DNA of 64,000 nucleotides from Deltaproteobacteria bacterium (GTDB taxonomy: Bacteria > Desulfobacterota > Desulfobacteria > Desulfobacterales > C00003060). The notes beneath the pieces were generated by a model. The model made no database searches, was not told the DNA's origin, and was given only the letters and a program-made list of their open reading frames with translations. The position numbers and the translations under genes were made by a program. The stretch is taken from positions 978-64,977 of the forward strand of contig JAFDKF010000003.1 of assembly GCA_019307135.1 (NCBI GenBank), in the 5' to 3' direction. Below are positions 10,643 to 18,124 of the stretch, piece after piece (within the stretch, counting starts at the first letter, position 1; each line of letters starts with the position of its first letter).

Positions 10643-13345
10643 ATGCTTATAGAAGTCATAACTGAGCTAAACGCTCCTAATACAGACAAGGGGAATCTAT
10701 TAGAAAACCTCGCTTCTGAATTTCTTAGGACGCAAGGTTATGAGGTGTCTTCTCAGGTTCGTGTTGCTGCATCTGAACTGGATTTGCTGTGCGAGCACAA
10801 GGTGTCAAAAAAACAAATATATGTAGAATGTAAAGCCCATAAAGATAATCTATCTGCCAAAGTTCTAGTCAATCTTCTTGGCACTGTTGATCTACACGAA
10901 TACTCGGAAGGATGGCTCGTAAGCACAGGCCCTTTGGGGCGAGATGCTAAAGGCTTTGTTGAAAAATGGGAGAATAAGCCTCCAGAAAAAAGGGAAAAAC
11001 TCTCCATATATAGTCCTGATCGTATATTGAATGCATTGTTAGACGCTAAAATAATCTCTTCAAAACCGGAATCTAAAGCGCAAGAAATGCTTTCTGGTCA
11101 TGATTTATCACTGGGCAAATGGATTTTGCTCATAACTCCATGGGGCAAATATTGGACCTGCCCGGTTTTAAAGGCTGGAGTGCCTAAATTCACCTCCTTT
11201 TTTGATGCATTGAATGGAAAGCCAGTAACCGATGAAGAATTCATTGATCGAGTTAAGTTAACTGATTTCAGTTTGAAAAATCTAGAGCCATTTGTCGCGT
11301 CAAGCCACGACGCACGTCAGGGAAATGACAATGCAGGGGGCGCTAAGTCCACTGCTGTTGTCGAGGTAGAATATGGCGAGAAGTGGTTTGACTATCGCCC
11401 AGCCAGACCGGAGCATTTTGTTGGTAGAAAGAATGAGCAACGAGAGCTACTGCAGTTTTTCACAAACATAAAGAATGGGAAAACGAACACACGCGTTTTT
11501 GCTATAAAAGGTGACTCTGGGATTGGAAAGAGTTCCTTGATTGCAAGGATACGTGATGTTACCAACAAGAGCCAAAAGCCAAACAACCTTTTTCTGTATG
11601 CAGTTGATGTTCGAGCTGCTAATGATTCTTCATACATCTATTCATCATTACTGGCAGCCCTTCGATCTGCTTCGCTGGATGGATTTGGAAGCAAGGAAGA
11701 ATTCGAGGTTACAGACTACATCGATCCTTTACAGAGCGAATCAATCAAATCTTTCTTAGACGGGTGTGAACGGAAACGCGAGATAGTAATTATTGTCTTC
11801 GATCAATTTGAGGAACTCTACTCAAAGGCTGAGTTGTTTTCTGTATTTGAAGAGGTCAAGAAACTGATGTTCTCTACTATTGCAGCATCTTCCAGTATTG
11901 TTCTTGGTTTTGCATGGAAAACAGATAGTACTGTCCCCCAGGATCACCCAGCTTATCATATGTGGCACCAATTGTCGGATCATCGATTTGAGATACTACT
12001 AAAGCCATTCAGCCACTCCGATGCTGAACAATCTCTCAGAATATTTGAGAACGAGTTGGGCGAAAAAATCCGTCCTGAACTTAGAAAGTACCTTTTAGAG
12101 AATAGCCAAGGATATCCTTGGCTTCTGAAGAAATTGTGTATTCATTTTTACGAACAACTACGGAGTGGTATAAGCCAACAGCAAATGGCAAACCGGTCAT
12201 TAGACATCTCTTCCTTATTTGACCAAGACTTGAATCATTTAACTGATGCTGAAATGGTGTGTTTAAAATTGGTAGCACAGAACGCCCCAATGGATTGGTA
12301 TGAAGTTCTTGAAATTGCTGGTCATGAAGTCGTTCAGTCTCTGCAAAACAAACGTGTACTGATTAAGCATGGGGATAAGCTTAACCTCTATTGGGACATA
12401 TTCAAAAATTATGTTTTATCTGGGATAATTCCATCGATTCCATTTACATATATTCCCCAATCACCATCGCTTAATGCATTATTGCATGTTTCATTAGAGC
12501 TTGATGATGCCGAAGGTAAGTCTATCAAAGAGTTGGCAGACAGTTCAAAACTTCAAGAGAGTACTGTTAGAAATATTATTCACGACTTGGAGCAATTTGG
12601 GGTTATTTATATCTCCAAAAGCGACATTACGATTGATAATCACCTGAGTAATTTAAATGCAAGGTCAATTCTATCTAGTATTAGACTGGTATTTAAGAGA
12701 CACGCACTTACTGAGATTTTAAAGAAAAACAATAGTGTAAAACCAGCCAATACAGATCAATTAATAAACTATCTAAAATCTATAAATCCTACAGCACAAT
12801 ATCATATTCGAACATGGACTACATATTCCAAAAGGATGTCTGCGTGGCTTCATGCATTTGGATTGATTACACAAACTACTAGTGGAATTATATATTCAGA
12901 TATTGGGGACATTGCTGGTGACGATATTAAAAAGTGGAGTGGTGAACGCAAACGAATAGTTTTCCTTGGAGATACATCACCTGTAAAAGTTGTGGAAGCA
13001 CTAGATCTTTTAAAAATGGGCGCAAAGGCACAAGTGAGCATGAAAAATATGGGATACCGTAATGCATGCGCCGTATTATATCGGTTCCGACTGTTAGAAC
13101 TAACTACGGCAGGCGAATATCGTGTTCCTGAGTGCAATATTACTGGTCGTTCATCGATGGAAGCTGTATGGGAAGAAGCCAGTAAAGAAGAGTCTCTCAA
13201 GCTGGTTATAAATAAACTCAAGGAAGGTACATTAATAAAACCACTGCAAATTGGGGAATTTGTTGCCGAGAGTTTCGGCAGGACCTGGAAAAAACTTCAT
13301 GGAAACGAATCGGGAATAGCCTTTGCCAATGGGCATTGTGGCTGA
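10643..13345 (+). CDS. Mrr-like restriction-endonuclease domain fused to a P-loop STAND/AAA-type NTPase and wHTH-like C-terminal region (BREX-embedded cargo 1)
   Basis: AGGAGG (10629-10634) sits 8 nt before the ATG at 10643. The N-terminus has GYEV...SELDLLCEH...IYVECK...WLVSTG (D-ExK, Mrr_cat-like). The centre has FVGRKNE...FAIKGDSGIGKSSL (Walker A) and IVIIVFDQFEEL (Walker B). The region is markedly AT-rich; a spot count on line 12361 gave 19/60 GC. Confidence 0.65.
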   Translation: MLIEVITELNAPNTDKGNLLENLASEFLRTQGYEVSSQVRVAASELDLLCEHKVSKKQIYVECKAHKDNLSAKVLVNLLGTVDLHEYSEGWLVSTGPLGRDAKGFVEKWENKPPEKREKLSIYSPDRILNALLDAKIISSKPESKAQEMLSGHDLSLGKWILLITPWGKYWTCPVLKAGVPKFTSFFDALNGKPVTDEEFIDRVKLTDFSLKNLEPFVASSHDARQGNDNAGGAKSTAVVEVEYGEKWFDYRPARPEHFVGRKNEQRELLQFFTNIKNGKTNTRVFAIKGDSGIGKSSLIARIRDVTNKSQKPNNLFLYAVDVRAANDSSYIYSSLLAALRSASLDGFGSKEEFEVTDYIDPLQSESIKSFLDGCERKREIVIIVFDQFEELYSKAELFSVFEEVKKLMFSTIAASSSIVLGFAWKTDSTVPQDHPAYHMWHQLSDHRFEILLKPFSHSDAEQSLRIFENELGEKIRPELRKYLLENSQGYPWLLKKLCIHFYEQLRSGISQQQMANRSLDISSLFDQDLNHLTDAEMVCLKLVAQNAPMDWYEVLEIAGHEVVQSLQNKRVLIKHGDKLNLYWDIFKNYVLSGIIPSIPFTYIPQSPSLNALLHVSLELDDAEGKSIKELADSSKLQESTVRNIIHDLEQFGVIYISKSDITIDNHLSNLNARSILSSIRLVFKRHALTEILKKNNSVKPANTDQLINYLKSINPTAQYHIRTWTTYSKRMSAWLHAFGLITQTTSGIIYSDIGDIAGDDIKKWSGERKRIVFLGDTSPVKVVEALDLLKMGAKAQVSMKNMGYRNACAVLYRFRLLELTTAGEYRVPECNITGRSSMEAVWEEASKEESLKLVINKLKEGTLIKPLQIGEFVAESFGRTWKKLHGNESGIAFANGHCG

Positions 13346-13451
13346 TGGCTCCTACAAATTCTGGAGGCCATATTCCAACTCCTCCAGGGCGTAAAACGAA
13401 CTCACAAGATAGTTCGCAACAAAGCTTGTTTGAGTTTTTTGGAGATGATAA

Positions 13452-13712
13452 GTGATAGAGTGTTGGCAGTATAGCACCATTCACGATTTCGTCTGCAAGG
13501 TTATCGAAACCCAGACGTTGTGGGACGATTCAACCTGCCGCGTCTGGCTGCCCGGTTCGGACTCCGTGGTGCGTATTCCGGCGGCCAATCTTAAACCGCT
13601 TGAGGACGCAACCAACATCGCCGTGGCACGCAAGATTCCAGAGAAGATTCTCCAGGAAGACCCCAAACTTCTAATGTGGTATGATCAGGCGGTAACAAGA
13701 ATGGGAGAGTAA
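13452..13712 (+). pseudogene. Fossil junction: brxHII 5' fragment fused in frame to a pglXI 3' fragment
   Basis: Residues CKVIETQTLWDDSTCRVWLPGSDSVVRIPAANLKPLED parallel the BrxHII N-terminus (CKVIESQTLWGETTCRVWIPGSDSLVRVPASRLSPLED, 15302-). Residues IAVARKIPEKILQEDPKLLMWYDQAVTRMGE parallel the PglXI C-terminus (IAVACKIPEKILQEDPKLLMWYDQALTRTGG, ending at 10638). Confidence 0.8.
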
Positions 13713-13715
13713 AAA

Positions 13716-14756
13716 ATGATAGAAGAAATCAAATTCGAAAATTTTACAGCCTTTAAGAAACTAAGAATCGAATTTTCACCTGGCATCAACATTTTTGTCG
13801 GAAGTAATGGGACGGGAAAAACCCATATTCTGAAAACTGTGTATGCGTCATGTGATATAACGAAATCAAAAAAGAACTTTGCTGAAAAAATATTACGGGT
13901 GTTTATGCCTTCAGCCAGCCAGCTTGGTAGATTGGTAAAACGCCAAAAGGTTAGCGCCAGAGGTTCTGTTGAAGTATTCCGTTCCGGTCCTGGCCTATTA
14001 GACACCGCAAAACTTCGCCTCTCTTTTTCCAATCATGCAACAAAAATAAAATCGGCCACCATTATCGGTGCGAACAATTGGTGCGCTATACCAATTGAAT
14101 CTGTATTTATTCCGGTTAAAGAGATGCTTTCCAACGCGCCTGGGTTTCACTCGATGTATAGCTTACGTGACGTTCATTTTGAAGAAGTGTACGCAGATAT
14201 TATTGACCGTGCTCTTTTGCCGCTTATGCGTGGGCCAGCGGATCGGGATCGAAAGAAGATATTATCGCATCTGCAAAAAGCAATGGAGGGCAAGGTCACA
14301 GTTAAAAACGAGGAGTTTTTTCTGCGAAATATACAGGGCAATCTTGAATTTTCTCTCCTTGCGGAAGGTATTCGAAAACTTGGTTTGCTTTGGGTCCTGA
14401 TCCAAAACGGCACATTACTAAAAGGGACAGTATTCTGCTGGGATGAGCCGGAAGCTAATCTAAATCCTAAGCTATTTCGGAATATTGTTGAGATTCTCTT
14501 AAGTCTTCAACGAATGGGCGTGCAAATATTCATTGCAACCCATGACTACGTTCTTCTAAAGGAATTCGATCTGCAAAAACAAGATAATGACAAGGTAAAA
14601 TTCCACTCTCTCTATCGTGATGAGGTAAGCAAAGAGATAAAAGAGCATCATACAGAAGATTATCTGCAAATTCATCCTAATACTATCCAAGATACTTTCA
14701 TTGATCTCTTTGACCGTGATGTAAAGCGTGACCTGGAGCTTTCAGCCAATGAATAA
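13716..14756 (+). CDS. ABC/SMC-type (AAA_21-like) ATPase (BREX-embedded cargo 2, gene A)
   Basis: 346 aa. Motifs are FVGSNGTGKTH (Walker A), LAEGIRKLGLL (signature-like), VFCWDEPEANLNP (Walker B/D-loop) and IFIATHD (H-loop). It starts 4 nt after the fossil pglXI stop. Confidence 0.7.
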   Translation: MIEEIKFENFTAFKKLRIEFSPGINIFVGSNGTGKTHILKTVYASCDITKSKKNFAEKILRVFMPSASQLGRLVKRQKVSARGSVEVFRSGPGLLDTAKLRLSFSNHATKIKSATIIGANNWCAIPIESVFIPVKEMLSNAPGFHSMYSLRDVHFEEVYADIIDRALLPLMRGPADRDRKKILSHLQKAMEGKVTVKNEEFFLRNIQGNLEFSLLAEGIRKLGLLWVLIQNGTLLKGTVFCWDEPEANLNPKLFRNIVEILLSLQRMGVQIFIATHDYVLLKEFDLQKQDNDKVKFHSLYRDEVSKEIKEHHTEDYLQIHPNTIQDTFIDLFDRDVKRDLELSANE

Positions 14757-15300
14757 GATGAAGATGCGAGAGGTCATTGAATCAGGCTTCAAGGTCACCC
14801 TATCCGAGGAGAACAGTTTCCGGTTTTGTGAAAGCTCTGCTTATCAGAGTCTTTCCGGCCTTAGCTTGAAAGAGATGGATGTCGGCTGGTGGAACACTAC
14901 CAATAGTAAGCTGTTCCTCCTTGAACTGAAGGGCCAAGAAATTTGGCGAGAATTCGACAAATCCGAAGACTTTGCCTACAAACACCTTGTGACAGCTATC
15001 AAGGGAAAGGTGACCGACGTTCTTTTGATGTTGGCCGCTGTCTGGGTTAAGACAGGTATTGGAAATGAGCTTAAAGCTCACATTCCTAACCCTGTTCATC
15101 AATATCGGGGAGAGGGCAGCATCAAGTTCATCTTTCTTATCGATACACCAGCCTCACGTCAATCCCTGCTGCTGCCGGTAAAGGATGCCATCAACAAGCA
15201 ACTCGCCGGACGGGTACGTCTTTTTGGCGTAAAGCATGTCACTCTGATCAATTTTGATGTAGCTCAAAAGATGGGGCTTCCCATAGAGAGACAGGCGTGA
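14749..15300 (+). CDS. Small protein with a PD-(D/E)xK-like motif (BREX-embedded cargo 2, gene B)
   Basis: The ATG at 14749 overlaps the ATPase stop (14754-14756), giving about 183 aa. It contains KEMDVGWWNTTNSKLFLLELKG (D...ExK spacing). Its stop at 15298-15300 is 1 nt before the brxHII ATG. I recognise no family with confidence. Confidence 0.5.
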   Translation: MNKMKMREVIESGFKVTLSEENSFRFCESSAYQSLSGLSLKEMDVGWWNTTNSKLFLLELKGQEIWREFDKSEDFAYKHLVTAIKGKVTDVLLMLAAVWVKTGIGNELKAHIPNPVHQYRGEGSIKFIFLIDTPASRQSLLLPVKDAINKQLAGRVRLFGVKHVTLINFDVAQKMGLPIERQA

Positions 15301-15301
15301 A

Positions 15302-18124
15302 ATGGACGTTGGCGACTGGTACTACACCCCCGACTACGGGCAGCTCTGTAAAGTCATCGAGTCCCAGACGCTTTGGGGCGAGACGACGTGCAGGGTGTGG
15401 ATACCCGGCAGTGATTCCTTAGTCCGTGTGCCTGCATCCAGACTCTCCCCCCTTGAGGATTCCGGGACGGGCACCGCTGATAGCATCGCCTATGTCGCCG
15501 CTGCTGCTCGGGTAGCCGATGCCCTGACCCAGGATATGCTTCTCGCGCCGATTGAATCATCTGTCATCCCGCTGCCACACCAGATTCGGGCGCTGTCCCG
15601 AGCCATCGCAGGTGACCGTGTGCGCTACCTGCTTGCCGATGAGGTAGGCTTGGGGAAGACCATCGAGGCCGGACTCATTCTGCGTGAGCTCAAGCTGCGC
15701 GGGCTGGCCAAGCGAACATTGGTTATCGCTCCAAAGGGCCTGGTGACTCAATGGGTGGCCGAGATGCGTACTCACTTTAACGAGGACTTTCGGCTGCTCA
15801 TCCCAAGCGATTTCTCGGCCTATCGACGCATCGCCAAACCTGCCTGCCGAAGCCTCGGCGCAGGCAGGGAGGACAACATCTGGCAGAGCCATCCGCAGGT
15901 GGTCTGTCCCATGGATTCGGTCAAGCCGCTGGAAAGTCGTCGCGGATGGTCGGATAAGCAGATGGCCGAATACAACCAGGAGCGGTTCGAGGACCTGATC
16001 TCCGCCGGCTGGGATCTGATTGTTGTGGACGAAGCCCACCGGCTCGGCGGCAGTACCGACCAGGTTGCCCGGTTCAAGCTGGGCCAGGGGCTTTCTGAGG
16101 CTGCACCGTATCTCTTGCTACTGTCGGCAACCCCTCACCAGGGTAAGACCGATGCTTTCCATAGGCTGGTATCTTTGATCGATAATCAGGCATTTCCTGA
16201 CGTGGGCAGCGTCACGCGGGATCGGGTCCAACATTATGTGATCCGGACCGAAAAGCGACGTGCTATCACGGCTGAAGGCAAGCCACTCTTCAAACCTCGT
16301 AAGACAGAGCTTGCTGCGGTCTCCTGGGAGGATCGGCATCAGGACCAGCGGCAGCTCTACGATGCGGTCACAGAGTATGTGCGGGAAGGTTACAACCAGG
16401 CCATGCGCGAGAAGCGCAGCTATATCGGGTTCCTCATGATCTTGATGCAGCGACTTGTAGTTTCCAGCACTAGCGCCATCCGCACTACGCTGGAACGCAG
16501 GCTGGATGCGCTTGAAGCACCGCAGGAGCAGCTGAGTCTATTTCCCATGTATTCCAACGAGGAATGGGCTGACCTTGACGGTCAGGAGCAAGTCGAAACG
16601 CTTCTGATCACTCGCCTGAAAGCGCTCAAAAACGAACGTGCCGAAGTAAAGCTGCTTCTCAATGCCGCCACCCGTTGCGAACAGGCGGGGGAGGATGTCA
16701 AGGCAGAGGCCCTGCTCGACTGGCTCTACCGTCTGCAGGCCGATGAAAACGACCCTGAACTGAAAGCCCTGGTATTCACCGAGTTTGTGCCGACCCAGCA
16801 GATGCTTCAGCAGTTCCTTTCTGAGCGTGGCTTTCCGGTTGCCTGCCTCAACGGCTCAATGGACATGGATGAGCGCAAAAAGGCCCAGGATACCTTTGCC
16901 GGGGAGGCACGCATTCTCATCTCTACCGATGCAGGCGGCGAGGGTCTGAATTTGCAGTTTTGCCACGTGGTGATCAATTACGACATTCCCTGGAACCCGA
17001 TGCGGCTTGAACAGCGCATCGGCCGGGTGGATCGTATCGGCCAAAACCATGTGGTGCGCGCCGTTAATTTCGTTTTTGAGGATTCGGTGGAGCACCGTGT
17101 ACGGGAAGTGCTGGAGGAGAAGCTTGCGGTTATCTTCGAGGAGTTCGGTATCGACAAGACGGGTGACGTACTCGACTCGGCCCAGGCTGGACAAATCTTT
17201 GATGACTTACATGTGGAGGCCATCCTCAACCCGAATGAGATCGACACATCTGTGGACAAGGTCATCGCTCGTTTGCAGGAACAGGCCCGAGATGCGAAGG
17301 CGAGTTCATCTGTCCTGGGAGCCACAGAGGACCTGGAACCATCTGAAGCCCAACGACTTATGACCCACCCCTTACCACACTGGGTCGAACGGATGACAGT
17401 GAGCTATCTTAATGCTCACGGCGGCAAAGCTGAGCGGAAACGACGGACCTGGGACTTGACGTGGCCGGACGGCGAAACAACTGCCAAGGTCGTCTTCAGC
17501 GGCAAGGAAGCAGACCAATCCCCCACAGCCCGCCACTTGACATTGGAGGATTCCAGGGTTCGGGGGCTGGCCACGAGATTGCCTCGTTTTGTTCCAGGGC
17601 AGCCGATCTCCGTTGTCACAATCCCAGGGATCACCGACGAGGTTACTGGCCTATGGTCTCTCTGGCAGATCGGCATCACAACGATGGAATGGAATCGCCA
17701 CCGGATCATGCCTTTATTCATAGCTGATGGCGGGAATATTTTTGCCCCAGCCGCCAGGCATCTCTGGGACAAGCTTTTGGGTGTGACGCCTAATGTCCGG
17801 ACGCATCTTGACATGGACGAATCCAAGGAAGCCTTCGATAGACTGGCAGGGATTGCAGAAGAGCAAGGACGAACCATCTACGATGAGCTTGTTCAAGAAC
17901 ACCGGTCGCGTCTGACCCGAGAAAGAGAAAAAGGGGAATATGCCTTCGCTGCCAGGCGTAGTGTCATCGAACGAGTCGGCCTTCCCCAGGTACGCGACCA
18001 TCGGTTGACCCTCCTGCGGCAGGAAGAGCAAGCGTGGAACGAGGATCTTAAGCTGAAAGCACAAGTGTATCCGGAAATGGTGCCTCTTATCGTTATCCGC
18101 GTGGAAGGAGGTGCCAATGAGTAG
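15302..18124 (+). CDS. brxHII: BREX type 3 SNF2/DEAD-like helicase BrxHII
   Basis: 940 aa with LLADEVGLGKT (motif I), VVDEAHRLG (DEAH), LSATPHQGK, LISTDAGGEGLNLQ and EQRIGRVDRIGQ (motif VI). Confidence 0.75.
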   Translation: MDVGDWYYTPDYGQLCKVIESQTLWGETTCRVWIPGSDSLVRVPASRLSPLEDSGTGTADSIAYVAAAARVADALTQDMLLAPIESSVIPLPHQIRALSRAIAGDRVRYLLADEVGLGKTIEAGLILRELKLRGLAKRTLVIAPKGLVTQWVAEMRTHFNEDFRLLIPSDFSAYRRIAKPACRSLGAGREDNIWQSHPQVVCPMDSVKPLESRRGWSDKQMAEYNQERFEDLISAGWDLIVVDEAHRLGGSTDQVARFKLGQGLSEAAPYLLLLSATPHQGKTDAFHRLVSLIDNQAFPDVGSVTRDRVQHYVIRTEKRRAITAEGKPLFKPRKTELAAVSWEDRHQDQRQLYDAVTEYVREGYNQAMREKRSYIGFLMILMQRLVVSSTSAIRTTLERRLDALEAPQEQLSLFPMYSNEEWADLDGQEQVETLLITRLKALKNERAEVKLLLNAATRCEQAGEDVKAEALLDWLYRLQADENDPELKALVFTEFVPTQQMLQQFLSERGFPVACLNGSMDMDERKKAQDTFAGEARILISTDAGGEGLNLQFCHVVINYDIPWNPMRLEQRIGRVDRIGQNHVVRAVNFVFEDSVEHRVREVLEEKLAVIFEEFGIDKTGDVLDSAQAGQIFDDLHVEAILNPNEIDTSVDKVIARLQEQARDAKASSSVLGATEDLEPSEAQRLMTHPLPHWVERMTVSYLNAHGGKAERKRRTWDLTWPDGETTAKVVFSGKEADQSPTARHLTLEDSRVRGLATRLPRFVPGQPISVVTIPGITDEVTGLWSLWQIGITTMEWNRHRIMPLFIADGGNIFAPAARHLWDKLLGVTPNVRTHLDMDESKEAFDRLAGIAEEQGRTIYDELVQEHRSRLTREREKGEYAFAARRSVIERVGLPQVRDHRLTLLRQEEQAWNEDLKLKAQVYPEMVPLIVIRVEGGANE
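15839..15868. repeat. 30-nt palindromic element embedded in frame in brxHII (copy B, inverted relative to copy A)
   Basis: cctgcctgccgaagcctcggcgcaggcagg is the reverse complement of 10416-10445. Here it encodes PACRSLGAGR. Confidence 0.85.
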
